Shown here: piece after piece, positions 37,001-47,077 of the stretch
How positions within the stretch are numbered: position 1 is the stretch's first letter
Layout of the letters: every line of letters starts with the position of its first letter
DNA from: a virus
Taxonomy: Duplodnaviria; Caudoviricetes
DNA: 64,000 nucleotides
Virus record (IMG/VR): IMGVR_UViG_3300037067_024922
Location: 28,766 to 92,765 of that record
Direction: 5' to 3' (one strand)
Notes under the pieces: generated by a model
What the model saw: only the letters and a program-made list of their open reading frames with translations
The model's database searches: none
What the model was told of the DNA's origin: nothing
Translations under genes and position numbers: made by a program

Positions 37001-39446
37001 TGGTGGCGGGATGGGTTGGAATGAAGCCACGGGTGAATGGGGTGGCGGTGGAGGTTACAGTAGTGGATACGATTTCGGTGGCAGTTATGGTAGTCAGGGT
37101 GGAGCCACTTTCGGAGGATATGGATTTGATGTTGATCAGGGATTAGGACTGGAAGGGTTTGCCTCTGGTGGCGAATATGAAGGCAGCACTCCATTCTGGG
37201 CAGGTGAGAAAGGTGCTGAGATAATTTTCCCCCGTGAAAAGAGAGTATTGAGTCATGCCCAATCTGTTGCGTACGCAAAGAGAGCCGGCAGAAGCTTTCC
37301 CGGATATGCATCTGGGACTCCTGTCCTTACAGATTATGCCGATGAAGCCTCTTATAATATTGCCGTTCAGCAAAGAAATCTTGACATCGAATTGATGGAG
37401 GCTTCCGGGGACGCCCTTGGTGCCTTGGCTGCTCGTAGGCAAGACGAATTGGCCGCAATGGATGAATCCTTGAGGGCAACTGCGCAGGCAATCTACGATC
37501 AGGTCGATGCAAATACAGCCAAGGAAAAAGCAGCAGCTCTTGAGACGCAAAAAACAAATCTTGAAATAGAATTGATGGAGCTTCAGGGTGACGCTGCCGG
37601 AGCCTTGGCCTTGCGCCGTACAAAAGAACTTGAGGCAATGGATGGGTCCCTGAAAGGACTTGCCCAATCCATCTTTGAGCAGACAGATTTGAATAAAGTA
37701 AATGAAAAGGCGGCTTCGATAGAGGCTCAACGGCGTTCTCTTGAAATCGAATTGATGGATGCCTCTGGAGATTCTGCCGGTGTTTTGGCTGCTCGTCGTG
37801 CTGATGAATTAAAGGAACTTGAAGAGCTCAACCCTGAGTTGGCCATTCTCAAACAGAGAACCTACGATGCGGCTGATGCCATAACAGCTCAGAATGAGGC
37901 TGAGGATCTTAATAATCGTCTGCTGACTGCCCAAGGAGAGACCTTAAAGATTTTGGCAAACGAAAGGGAAAAGGAATCGGCTGCAGCAACAGAGGCAGGT
38001 AAAGCAATCCTCAAGCAAATATATGCCCAGGAAGATCTAAATGCCGTAACCGCCAAATCTGCCGAATGGAGTTCAAGACTGGCGCAGATGACGATGACTG
38101 AGGATGAGTATAAAATTTATACCATTGATCAGACTTATCAAGACATGCTTGATGAAATATCGAAACTGGCTAATTTGTCTGAAGAGGATAATGCCAAATT
38201 GATTGGCATTGCGACCGATATCAGAGATACATCCAAGGAACAACTGGAAGCCGATAAACAGAAGGAGACCTATACAATTTGGTCAAGCATTCAAAGTCTG
38301 CAGAAGGAACTTGATGCTATGACGGTTGGGTCAACGACTACCACCTCTGCTGCCCAAAAAGCTCTTCTGGAGAAATATACAAATCTGCAAACTCAATCCC
38401 AATCGGTTTGGGGTCCTGAACTCAATCGCGTGCAAGCATTGTTCAGTTCTCTACCCCGAGAAGAATATGATGTTATGATCAATAATACTTGGGTTGCCTT
38501 TCAGAAAATGAACTCCCAAATATGGGCATTGTATGATGCAGAACTGGCAGCAGCCAAAGCAACCGATGAACTCAATCAGCGAATTGAAGAATATCAATAT
38601 CAGATACCTCTGCTTGAGGCATTAGGATATGCAGAAGAGGCATTGGCGATAAAGCGACATCAGGAGCTCGATGCCTTGAGCAAGACAAATCAGGTATTGC
38701 AGCTTCAAACCTGGGCGGCAGAAGATCTCACTGAAGCCATCGGAGGATTTGAAACGAGGGCAGAGGAGATCTCCACCTTCATTGATAATCTGAGCCAAGG
38801 ATCTCTTGCTCCGGTTCAATCGGCCCAATCCTGGGTAAATGAATATGCGAAGAAAAGGGCAAAGGCATTAGGAGCAGGAGCTTCCGACGAAGACATCACA
38901 GGTTATTTATCTTATGTTCAGGAATATCTTGAATTTCAAAGAGCCTACGGGTCTAATTATCAGGAACTGTATTCTTCTGTCATGTCGGATGTGGTTGGTC
39001 TCCAATCCAGCAACGATACGGCATTGGCCATTGCCGAGTCACAGCTCGGAGTGTTAAAAGAACAATCAGAAATCTTGATTGAATATGGTGGACAGCAGGT
39101 CTCTTTATTGGAGAGCCTTATCAATGCGGTTCTGACCGGATCGGCGTTGCCGGCTCATGCTGGAGGAGGATTAACGCATGGCCTTACGATCTCAGGAGAG
39201 ATGGGAGCGGAGTGGAATATCCCCACTTACGAGCCACAGAGAACGAATTTCTTTAAGACGGTAGGGTTTGATTCGGAAACGATCGTGAAAGCGATTGCCA
39301 AGGCGGTTGCAAGCAATTCCCAGAATCAGACGGGAGATCTTATCATCCCGGTTGTGTTGGATGGAGATATGATCGGAAAGGTTGTTGCGAAACAATTCAG
39401 GGTCAATCCTGATCTTCAGAAATCTGCAAAGAGGGCGATGAAATAA
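34008..39446 (+). CDS. Tape measure protein (1812 aa)
   Basis: Length, Ala-rich helical composition, position after chaperones. Confidence 0.92.
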   Translation: MAGIKIKISTEEAQTATRKLYADLEKLGATTKLTTMEVDKLRQRMLDKMGADKAVDAVDRLAKSVGMTRSEVAKFNQTLAPANFSDRITAGYKSIKSHWMAISVAAAAAGIAISKALDYSVQGAKAKQAEESFRQVATAANESADKIISAMKRASAGTIDDSDLMQKAVKGMVLGFSGDQIIKLTEIARVSARVAGEDVRDAYENITDAISTNMPRALKRYGLITKEEMSLVTKAAAAGIEDVNLYSLVTARAALQSAKMGPAVANAAEKLQVFHAQISETKETMGIWINTGLQKAYGVLQGFAAAGLSAAGGIAMIITKIHELNLFIEEHTGKNEKAIAAAKKLAAESRGTADMLLGAAGDLLGKAAKNIENLEKAAGKSDAAAIKRAQADLDRWTKEANAKLASEKAKQKATAETEAAEKKLAEAIKSSALEAEQVGGLSAAEKEMAKMEAEVKEFRANKLKEKDIAQYIENEIVLIGKLGAEEREKNETAQLEKEKAGLKEYEKMVLEETDFAVTENERAINEIIAKATMKDLVLKDLLKKKFITEEQYAKLSIKIEENKNKATLEKTTENAKRIADLNADLLSKDKNNGDKLYELRLKQIDAQAAAYKKDGASFEAIEAYKKDALSKANLEMGENTNKFFVGVQAGLEQLKLEHVTWGKVASDSVTTFAHDAQQEMSDGFFNVMTGRFGEFELEWRDLWDGVARVMSNKLSQMVVKFIAAQATMANASAAVDWVTALFAAKGIWELKGPEEGIPVVAHPGEMIVPAEVADQIRNGMYGSGYGTQFEGLSEALGNTAMGGGSMGRVGQSFLSGTAQQYGKTAAIGLGMNVSGKISTSQLMSGLLSPQALLSSIIGGGIPAAASSYLGLDSKSKIGYGIGSIAASQALGGMAGTVLGPIGGLVAMYLVEKAMDAMDMRTQEAVKDVYEDRYGQYFGGGIQYGADMAKGYLTDAQWGDMQSAMEAALNASSMIGDLSGVRSKGEGGFGQTGWGYGDYGGGMGWNEATGEWGGGGGYSSGYDFGGSYGSQGGATFGGYGFDVDQGLGLEGFASGGEYEGSTPFWAGEKGAEIIFPREKRVLSHAQSVAYAKRAGRSFPGYASGTPVLTDYADEASYNIAVQQRNLDIELMEASGDALGALAARRQDELAAMDESLRATAQAIYDQVDANTAKEKAAALETQKTNLEIELMELQGDAAGALALRRTKELEAMDGSLKGLAQSIFEQTDLNKVNEKAASIEAQRRSLEIELMDASGDSAGVLAARRADELKELEELNPELAILKQRTYDAADAITAQNEAEDLNNRLLTAQGETLKILANEREKESAAATEAGKAILKQIYAQEDLNAVTAKSAEWSSRLAQMTMTEDEYKIYTIDQTYQDMLDEISKLANLSEEDNAKLIGIATDIRDTSKEQLEADKQKETYTIWSSIQSLQKELDAMTVGSTTTTSAAQKALLEKYTNLQTQSQSVWGPELNRVQALFSSLPREEYDVMINNTWVAFQKMNSQIWALYDAELAAAKATDELNQRIEEYQYQIPLLEALGYAEEALAIKRHQELDALSKTNQVLQLQTWAAEDLTEAIGGFETRAEEISTFIDNLSQGSLAPVQSAQSWVNEYAKKRAKALGAGASDEDITGYLSYVQEYLEFQRAYGSNYQELYSSVMSDVVGLQSSNDTALAIAESQLGVLKEQSEILIEYGGQQVSLLESLINAVLTGSALPAHAGGGLTHGLTISGEMGAEWNIPTYEPQRTNFFKTVGFDSETIVKAIAKAVASNSQNQTGDLIIPVVLDGDMIGKVVAKQFRVNPDLQKSAKRAMK

Positions 39447-39853
39447 TGGCTGCTTCTGAAATGTACGATTTTTTGTCTGATGTTGTCCCTGATTATGATT
39501 ATACACTAACAGTAAAAGCTCAGGGAGATGCGGTTGAGGATGGCCATATGAATCAGGTCGTCCACATGGCCGATGATTATTCGGAAGAGAGAGTCACATT
39601 AGGGACAACGAAACTCTTTTATGTCTCTTGGAATTGGGCTTTGCTATCAGAAGCCACGGCAGGCACGATTGTTGATCTGTATTATGATCCCACTAAGGCC
39701 AACGGGATTGCCCGTAGCTTCAAATGGTTGGCCTATGATGGGCATACATATGTCATCCGGTTTGATTGCAATTTGCAAAGGGTTGTTAGAAGGGCACAGC
39801 ATGGTGTATCCAATGTAAAATTCAGAGTCCTTGGAAGGATTGCAGACGCTTAA
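39446..39853 (+). CDS. Distal tail-like protein
   Basis: Directly after the tape measure; size. Confidence 0.6.
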   Translation: MAASEMYDFLSDVVPDYDYTLTVKAQGDAVEDGHMNQVVHMADDYSEERVTLGTTKLFYVSWNWALLSEATAGTIVDLYYDPTKANGIARSFKWLAYDGHTYVIRFDCNLQRVVRRAQHGVSNVKFRVLGRIADA

Positions 39854-39870
39854 AAATAAGGAGGTTCAAA

Positions 39871-40515
39871 ATGGCTGCCATCGACACAATAGAAGTTCTC
39901 GATAATTTACAATTTGAGCATTTGAATACTGCGGACATCTTTACTGTTCATGCAGACGGCGTGGCAGGAGAGTCAGTAAAGACAAAGGCGATCTCTTTGC
40001 CGGTGGATGCATCTGGGGCAAGAGTTATAATCAACAATAATTATGGCGCAACAGGCTCGACTGTTTGTGCAAGGATAAGGCTGACCTCTCTAACCAATAT
40101 CAGCAGCCCTTCCAAGACCCAAAATGTTCAGCCTTTGGAATGGACTGAGATTGCCCTTGCTGCTTGTCAGGAGAGTGCAGAGATTGATCTGTCGGCAGTC
40201 TACGATGCGACTCTTCATGTTGATGTTGCAATCACGGGAATTACCGCACATCTCGGTACGGAAATCTTTGTTCAGATCCGCAAAGAAGCAACTGTGGAAG
40301 AATGGACAGAATGGTGCAGGTTTGTTGTCTTGTCCAGCCTGACTGCATTCAAGACAGATGTTCTTTCAACCGCAGCCGCAGCGCAGAAGGTCATCCCGGT
40401 AAACAATCCCACAGCGGGCAATTTGAATCACCTGATGAAAAATATATTCATCAAGGATGCCACAATTGCCAGTTGTGAAATTTGTTATCAGACAGCATGT
40501 GGAGCCGACGCATAA
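39871..40515 (+). CDS. Putative virion protein
   Basis: TAAGGAGG RBS; beta-rich; in tail module. Confidence 0.55.
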   Translation: MAAIDTIEVLDNLQFEHLNTADIFTVHADGVAGESVKTKAISLPVDASGARVIINNNYGATGSTVCARIRLTSLTNISSPSKTQNVQPLEWTEIALAACQESAEIDLSAVYDATLHVDVAITGITAHLGTEIFVQIRKEATVEEWTEWCRFVVLSSLTAFKTDVLSTAAAAQKVIPVNNPTAGNLNHLMKNIFIKDATIASCEICYQTACGADA

Positions 40516-43500
40516 ATGATTTTTAATCCCAATCAAAAGCCACCGATTGGTTCGGTTGTAAATCTTGCTCATCCTTTTGCCCAAGGTCTTGTTGGATGCT
40601 GGTTATTCAACGAGGGTAGTGGCAACAAGGTTCACGACTATTCTGGGCAAGGGAATGATGGCACGATAAGTGGGGTTGCTGCTCAATCTGCAACTTCGGG
40701 ATGGGTTCTTGGCCCCAATGGAGATGCTCTGGCGTTTGATGGGATGGATGATTATGTAGATTGTGGTCAAAAAGCAATTACTTCTCCTACAAAGGCAGTT
40801 ACGATAATTGCCAACGGGACAGCGAGTGCTCTTCCACCAGACCTATCTTTTTTGGGTGGTAAAGGAAATACCGGCAACAGAGGATATTGGTTGGCGGTCA
40901 CATCTGCAAAAAGAATAATTTTTGGAGCAAAGGTTCAGTTAGAAAGTTCAAATGCCATCTCGCTAAACACACCTTTTCAAGCAGCAGGTACTTATGATGG
41001 CGTATCACAAAAAGTGTATATTGATGGCATTTTTGGCGGATCGTCTGCACAGACAGGACTGATCGATTATACTGGAATTACAAATTTTCTGATCGGACAA
41101 ATAACGGACTTTACAGGTCTAAGATGGCATAATGGTCTCATCTCTCATGTTTTCATTTACAACCGTGCCCTCTCTGCTGAGGAGATTGCATATCTTTACG
41201 CAAATCCATTCTGCATGTTTAACAGGACAACTGCACTTGAGTCCAAAGGCATCCCAGAAGCCCTGATAAATGCAGACATTAAGGCGGTGAAATGGGAGTT
41301 TGAGGTAACAGATAAGAATGGGACAGTTTACAAGACATCAGAGGATGATATTCTTATAACCGATTTCTCTGGCATAGAGCTTCAGCGCAATCTTGCAGAG
41401 AATACGATCATTGCTCCATCGGAGATTACATTCAATATATCCAACCCTTCCAATGCTTTGACCTTCTCTGATTTTAAGGGTGGCTCTGTTTTGGTTGAGC
41501 TGTTCTTATCAGATTTCAGTGTACGAAGATGGAGTTTCAGGATCAAGACAGCAAGTCCCGGTTACCAGAATCTTGCCATCACAGCAGAAGATTTTTTGCA
41601 ATATTATCTCACGGGGTATTATCCGAATACTCAGTATCCGCAAAATCTGTTTCCTTCTGATCGCACTTATGAAAATGAAGCGTTGTGTGTTCCTGTCCCT
41701 TTTGGAACTGCTTATGTCCCATTAAGAGATGTTTATATTACAGATCAAGGATACATCCTGCTTGGCTCTGATGATTATACCTATACGATAACGAAGATCA
41801 GAAGCCCACGCAGTTTTGGTGCAAAATGTGAATGGGATCATGCGACATCAACATTTACACAATACACCAAGGCAGATGCGGCTGCTGTAAACTGGAAGGT
41901 CTTTCAGGCGATCATCGCAGATTCAGATATTGACGGTGTAGATGATTCTCCGGGCATGTGGATGACAACTGGCGGACCTGTATCTGATCCTCCGGTTCAA
42001 TTCAGCCGATCTGATACTACCAATACAACCAACCCAGCTGATGTTTTGAAATTCATTTTGCTTGATATGGGAGTGCCGGCAGCAAGGATTAACAATGCAT
42101 CATTTGATGCCGCTCATTTAACTTACGATAGCTGGGGTTTAGAGTTTAATGGTGCATTCTGGTATAAGCAGGAAAGAGAAAAAGTCATCGCCCAACTATT
42201 GACGATGTGTCATTCCTGTTTTCAAGTTGGGGAGCAAATTGAACTGCACGTTCTTTCAAAGACATCACAAAAGACGATCACCTCCGCAGAAGTGCTTGGG
42301 ACTTCAGAAGGCGGAAAAGGATCATTTACCTATCAGGATATTGTCAACGAGGATTTGTCCGATAGTGGATATGTCACCTGGCAGGATTCCGATCAGGTGC
42401 AGGACAGTTTTGTAAAATTGATTGCCCCTGCCGGAGCGACTGCAAGCATTCTCAGTGATGAAACGGTTGAGTGTCCGTTTGTGCAAGACTCTCAAGATGC
42501 ACAGAGGGTAGGCACATTGCATTTTCAGAGAACCCTTTTGAAGGAAGCTGAAATCAGATTAACCACAAAAGGGACTTGCCTTGCATTAAAGCCGGATGAT
42601 GTGTTGACAATCAATCAAGCCAATTATGGGGGAACATATGCAGTCCTGATTGATTCAATGAAAATCAATAAAGATCTCTCCATTGATTTTACTTGTTCCA
42701 AATACACTTCAAATTTTGATGACTGGGCTGATGTAACTCCTGCGGTGATTACACTTGCCACAGACGATTCGGCTTCTTCTTGGCAACCTGCAGTCTCTGG
42801 TCCTGATTCTTCAACAGGCACCGGTCAGAAACCAAACCTGCTTTATGGAAGAGTTAGAATCGGTGCATCAAGCAATTATATTGTTCTTGATCCAGGATCT
42901 CCAATCAGAGTTTCCTTACATGTGGCAGATGTCGAAAAGATGCGATTTGGAAATGTGAATGGATTGTTGGATTATGTTGCCGAAACATATGGTATGGTAT
43001 TGGGAGATGCCACTTCATACCTTTCATGGGATGCTGTAAATGGTCTTAGGGTCTCAGGAGCCATATCTGCTTCAACCATTGATATCGGTGGTGCCGATGC
43101 TACTTCTTTTCATGTGGATATCAATGGCAATATGTGGCTTGGCGCTGCCACTTTCGATATAGCAACAAATCCCTTTGCTGTTTCCAATGCTGGAGTGATA
43201 AGAGCCGTTTCCGGGACAATAGGCGGCTGGGTTCTCGGAGCAGATTCTCTGACTGATGCTGCCGGTGTTGTTGGTATGTCTTCGGCAGTCACAGCTGGAG
43301 ACGATATAAGGTTTTGGGCAGGGAATGCCACCCCTTCTCTTGCGCCATTCTATGTGGCCGAATCAGGGGCGTTGGTTGCGACCTCTGCCACAATCGTCGG
43401 AATAATAACTGCACTCTCTGGCAATATTGGTGGATGGATTGTCGGGAACAATACCATTGCCGATGCAGCAGGAATGGTTGGTATGTCTTCGGCCGTGACT

Positions 43501-44658
43501 GTAGGAGATGACATAAGATTTTGGGCGGGCAATACCACTCCTGCAAATGCACCATTCTCTGTAACAGAAGCAGGGGTTCTTGTAGCAACTTCGGCCACCA
43601 TCGTTGGGGACATAAAAGCAACAACAGGACATTTCGTATCGGTAACTTTGGGAGAAACCGGAGTTGTCTCTGGTACGCTTACCCTTCAATTGCTTGATGG
43701 CGGGGGAGACACATACATTGCTTATGGCAAGACGGATTTTTCTAATGCTGAATCTGGATTCATATTAGGCATTGACGATAGTGATAGTAACAAGGCAAAA
43801 ATATACATTGGGGATTATCTGCGGTGGTTCAGTTGGAATGGAACAACTTTGGAATACACGAGTGGGCTCGTTGTTGAACCGACAATTCGTCTGTATGTTG
43901 GTGGCACAATAAAAACTTCCGACAAGGCTCTGGATGGCAGTGGAGACTCGGCTGGCATTCTGATAAACAAAGATGGTGTTTATGCCGGAGGAGCAAATCA
44001 ATTTCCTGTCTCTGCAAATGTAAGAATCTTAGCCACAGGAGATGCTTATTTTAAAGGCACGATAACAGCCGATGCCGGTTATATTGGTGGAATTGATGGC
44101 TGGACGATTGCGGCAAAAACTTTGACAGGAGCTGCTGATAGCAAGATTATCAGTGGACTCCTTGAATCTGCTGATTGGGGAGCGGCATCAGGATCTCAAA
44201 TAGATTTATTTACATCAACCATAAAGTTCGGAGGTTTGAATAATCCAAAATTTATGGTTGATTCAGATGGCACAATGACTGCTGTTGGAGGAATATTCAA
44301 ATCCAGTGCCTCTGGTCAAAGGACACAAATTGATTCTGATGGCATAACCATATACGAGGTTGGCATCTTCGGAAAGTACCATGAATTTAATTGGGGAGAT
44401 GGGACAAAATGGGGTTCTGGTGCTCGTGTTCAAATTGGCAATCCATCAAGACATGCTCCATTATATTTTCCGACTGCCAGTAGTTATGCAGACATTCACC
44501 TGGCAGAAAGGGATGAGACGCCCTCGGGCGAGGCAGAGGTAAACGACATCATTGCCATTGCAGGAACACTCTATATCTGCACCGAGGCTGGAACCCCGGG
44601 AACATGGACTGCTGTCGGTGGTGGCGGTGACTTTCTCGTTATGCAGGTATTTTCATAG
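40516..44658 (+). CDS. Large tail tip/hub protein with N-terminal LamG (concanavalin-like) domain and C-terminal fibre repeats
   Basis: GLVGCWLFNEGSG...FDGMDDYV...YNRALSAEEI; VPVPFG; 69-aa tandem repeat (GTIGGW...IRFWAG) at ~43215-43620. Confidence 0.8.
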   Translation: MIFNPNQKPPIGSVVNLAHPFAQGLVGCWLFNEGSGNKVHDYSGQGNDGTISGVAAQSATSGWVLGPNGDALAFDGMDDYVDCGQKAITSPTKAVTIIANGTASALPPDLSFLGGKGNTGNRGYWLAVTSAKRIIFGAKVQLESSNAISLNTPFQAAGTYDGVSQKVYIDGIFGGSSAQTGLIDYTGITNFLIGQITDFTGLRWHNGLISHVFIYNRALSAEEIAYLYANPFCMFNRTTALESKGIPEALINADIKAVKWEFEVTDKNGTVYKTSEDDILITDFSGIELQRNLAENTIIAPSEITFNISNPSNALTFSDFKGGSVLVELFLSDFSVRRWSFRIKTASPGYQNLAITAEDFLQYYLTGYYPNTQYPQNLFPSDRTYENEALCVPVPFGTAYVPLRDVYITDQGYILLGSDDYTYTITKIRSPRSFGAKCEWDHATSTFTQYTKADAAAVNWKVFQAIIADSDIDGVDDSPGMWMTTGGPVSDPPVQFSRSDTTNTTNPADVLKFILLDMGVPAARINNASFDAAHLTYDSWGLEFNGAFWYKQEREKVIAQLLTMCHSCFQVGEQIELHVLSKTSQKTITSAEVLGTSEGGKGSFTYQDIVNEDLSDSGYVTWQDSDQVQDSFVKLIAPAGATASILSDETVECPFVQDSQDAQRVGTLHFQRTLLKEAEIRLTTKGTCLALKPDDVLTINQANYGGTYAVLIDSMKINKDLSIDFTCSKYTSNFDDWADVTPAVITLATDDSASSWQPAVSGPDSSTGTGQKPNLLYGRVRIGASSNYIVLDPGSPIRVSLHVADVEKMRFGNVNGLLDYVAETYGMVLGDATSYLSWDAVNGLRVSGAISASTIDIGGADATSFHVDINGNMWLGAATFDIATNPFAVSNAGVIRAVSGTIGGWVLGADSLTDAAGVVGMSSAVTAGDDIRFWAGNATPSLAPFYVAESGALVATSATIVGIITALSGNIGGWIVGNNTIADAAGMVGMSSAVTVGDDIRFWAGNTTPANAPFSVTEAGVLVATSATIVGDIKATTGHFVSVTLGETGVVSGTLTLQLLDGGGDTYIAYGKTDFSNAESGFILGIDDSDSNKAKIYIGDYLRWFSWNGTTLEYTSGLVVEPTIRLYVGGTIKTSDKALDGSGDSAGILINKDGVYAGGANQFPVSANVRILATGDAYFKGTITADAGYIGGIDGWTIAAKTLTGAADSKIISGLLESADWGAASGSQIDLFTSTIKFGGLNNPKFMVDSDGTMTAVGGIFKSSASGQRTQIDSDGITIYEVGIFGKYHEFNWGDGTKWGSGARVQIGNPSRHAPLYFPTASSYADIHLAERDETPSGEAEVNDIIAIAGTLYICTEAGTPGTWTAVGGGGDFLVMQVFS

Positions 44659-44668
44659 GAGGTAGGGA

Positions 44669-45028
44669 ATGGCTACGGCAGTCAAACGGATATTATCAGG
44701 GAGCACCGATGGCAAACCCATTAAGATTGTTCAAACGGCAACGGCTGGCACGCTTATCCATACTGCTATTGCTGGCACCACTCCCGGCACATACGACGAG
44801 ATCTGGCTGTGGGCCTTTAATAGCCATTCCTCCGCCATTACCCTGACCATCGAATTCGGGGGCGCATCAGCTCCCGATCAAAATATCGTGATCTCCATTC
44901 CGGCGCAGAGCGGGTTGATTCCCATCATGCCGGGGTTGATCCTTCAAAATGGTCTGACCGTAAAGGCTTTCGCAGGTTCTGCCAACCTGGTGACAGTCAT
45001 GGGTTTTGTGAATTCAATTACGGATTAA
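44669..45028 (+). CDS. Tail-associated beta-sandwich protein
   Basis: LSGSTDGKPIK...DEIWLWA...GFVN pattern. Confidence 0.65.
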   Translation: MATAVKRILSGSTDGKPIKIVQTATAGTLIHTAIAGTTPGTYDEIWLWAFNSHSSAITLTIEFGGASAPDQNIVISIPAQSGLIPIMPGLILQNGLTVKAFAGSANLVTVMGFVNSITD

Positions 45029-45038
45029 GGAGAGATGC

Positions 45039-45623
45039 ATGTTTTTCAAAATTGAGAAGTCCGGATGTGGAGAGCGCAAAGGGTTGGTTGAGGTTCGGTA
45101 TGATCTATACCTCGATGAAGCTGATCACAACTACAGCGAACATCATGTCCAGGTGCCCATTGTCCCGGAAACCGGATATCCAAACCAGAAGGATCTTGAG
45201 ACCGCAAACGCGACTTTCCAGAAAATGGTCTCATCCTTGAAAAAGGACAAATCAGGATTGCCGATACTGCCGCATAATTTCAGTAATCTTGACGAGACAA
45301 AGAGCCTGAATGCGGAGATTGCAAAGCAGCAACAATGGATTGAAGGCCTGCCGAAACAGTGGCAGCATAATCCTTTCTGCTGCCACTTCTGCCAATTTGA
45401 ACCGAATGTGACGGATGAAGAAATCCTGTTTGTCGGAGAATTGGCCCTGGATATGGCTTATAAAAATTGGCAACTTGGCAACCTGGCACTGAACCGCAAT
45501 CAACCGATCGTGTGTTCTGCCCACACGGTTAAAAAGGCGGCTTGCCAGGCCAGAGTTGAGATCATCAAGAGTACGGATTTCAGTGCAATTAAAACCGAAG
45601 GCACTTACAGGATAGGGGAATAA
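45039..45623 (+). CDS. Hypothetical protein in tail module
   Basis: RBS; HNPFCCHF. Confidence 0.6.
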   Translation: MFFKIEKSGCGERKGLVEVRYDLYLDEADHNYSEHHVQVPIVPETGYPNQKDLETANATFQKMVSSLKKDKSGLPILPHNFSNLDETKSLNAEIAKQQQWIEGLPKQWQHNPFCCHFCQFEPNVTDEEILFVGELALDMAYKNWQLGNLALNRNQPIVCSAHTVKKAACQARVEIIKSTDFSAIKTEGTYRIGE

Positions 45624-45624
45624 T

Positions 45625-46443
45625 ATGGCTGTAACTTTAGGTGGATCAAATTGGGCCGATTATCATAGCAGTGGAACCGCCAACACGTCTGGTACTCGCT
45701 GGTTCTATGCTTCTGGTGGTGCTGCGCCAGAGACAGGTGTTATTGATACAATCTATGTATATGAATACTATTATACTGCACACAATGTAATTTGCGCATC
45801 GTTACAAGGCGATTTAATAACCTTAACAGATACTGAAAATTTAGGCACAGTCTCACCTGGAAGTAAACAGGCTTTCACAGGCAAAAGTTTGTCTGTTAAT
45901 GCTAACGATGAAATTGCAATGACCGCTGACGATTATGTGACCTTTAGTTATAATACAGGCGGTCATACCTACATGTCAGAGGATACAAGAGTAAGTTGGA
46001 GTTCTGCCGATGCCACTCACGGATTAGCATTTTATGGGATTTCAACCGCTGCTGCTCCTACCGTCACCACTCAAGACGCTACCGACGTAAGTTTTTCAAG
46101 TTGTACCGGGAACGGAAATGTAACAAACGAAGGAACGGCAGATGTGACCCGCAAAGGCTTTTGTTACACGGAAGGGACCTCCGGAGATCCCACGACGGCC
46201 GACTCTACGGTTTATGACGATGGCAGTTTCAGCACTGGCGCCTACACAAAGTCTATAACGGGTTTGAAAGAACGTACCGGATACAGAGTCCGCGCGTATG
46301 CAGTCAGTTCGGTTGGCACTGCTTATGGATCGACAGTCCAGGTCACCACTCTTGGAGCGCCGGCGATGACAATGGATTACCTGGGACACAGAGGGCGCGA
46401 CAGATTCAGAACAAGGGGAGTATCATTAGGGACAACAAAATAA
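45625..46443 (+). CDS. Virion protein with FN3-like domain
   Basis: PTVTT...GFCY...PT...ITGL...YRVRAYA..GTAYG. Confidence 0.7.
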   Translation: MAVTLGGSNWADYHSSGTANTSGTRWFYASGGAAPETGVIDTIYVYEYYYTAHNVICASLQGDLITLTDTENLGTVSPGSKQAFTGKSLSVNANDEIAMTADDYVTFSYNTGGHTYMSEDTRVSWSSADATHGLAFYGISTAAAPTVTTQDATDVSFSSCTGNGNVTNEGTADVTRKGFCYTEGTSGDPTTADSTVYDDGSFSTGAYTKSITGLKERTGYRVRAYAVSSVGTAYGSTVQVTTLGAPAMTMDYLGHRGRDRFRTRGVSLGTTK

Positions 46444-46462
46444 TCCACTCGGAGGTAATACC

Positions 46463-47068
46463 ATGGCTTGGCCTGCATCAAATTTTCCGGCGTCACTGGA
46501 TAGTCCAACAGATAAAGTTGACATCGATGATGAAGTAACAGCGGCAGATGTCAATGGCTGTTATGACTGCATCAAGAAGATAGAGGCTAAAATAGGCATG
46601 GACGGAAGTGCCGTTGCCACTTCTCTTGATTATCTCTTAAAAAATGCCGCTTCTTTGAATCCTGGGCATAAACATACAATCCTGGCGGCAGATACAAATT
46701 TCGCAGATTATATTGCCCAGAGACCTATCATCAAGGATTATGGTGAAAGCATTAACGCGGTTGGCTCTATTGCTACTACCACGCAGGGGATTGATATTAC
46801 TCTTGGCAATATCGTTTCTGCAACATTAGCAACTCATACTACTTTCACTTTTTTAAATCCTTCTGCAAGTGGGATTGCATGTAGCCTCACCCTGATTTTG
46901 ACAAATGGAGGATCGAAAGTCATAACATGGCCGGCATCTGTGAATTGGCCGGGAGGAACAGAGCCAACCCTGTCGGCGGCTGGAGTGGATATTGTAACAT
47001 TTCTTACTCTCAATGCAGGAACATTGTGGCACGGGATGGTTTCTTCATTGGATAGCAAAACGCCGTAA
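46463..47068 (+). CDS. Tail fibre-related protein
   Basis: FPASLD; ITWPASVNWPGGTEPTLS...DIVTF. Confidence 0.7.
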   Translation: MAWPASNFPASLDSPTDKVDIDDEVTAADVNGCYDCIKKIEAKIGMDGSAVATSLDYLLKNAASLNPGHKHTILAADTNFADYIAQRPIIKDYGESINAVGSIATTTQGIDITLGNIVSATLATHTTFTFLNPSASGIACSLTLILTNGGSKVITWPASVNWPGGTEPTLSAAGVDIVTFLTLNAGTLWHGMVSSLDSKTP

Positions 47069-47077
47069 GGAGGATTT

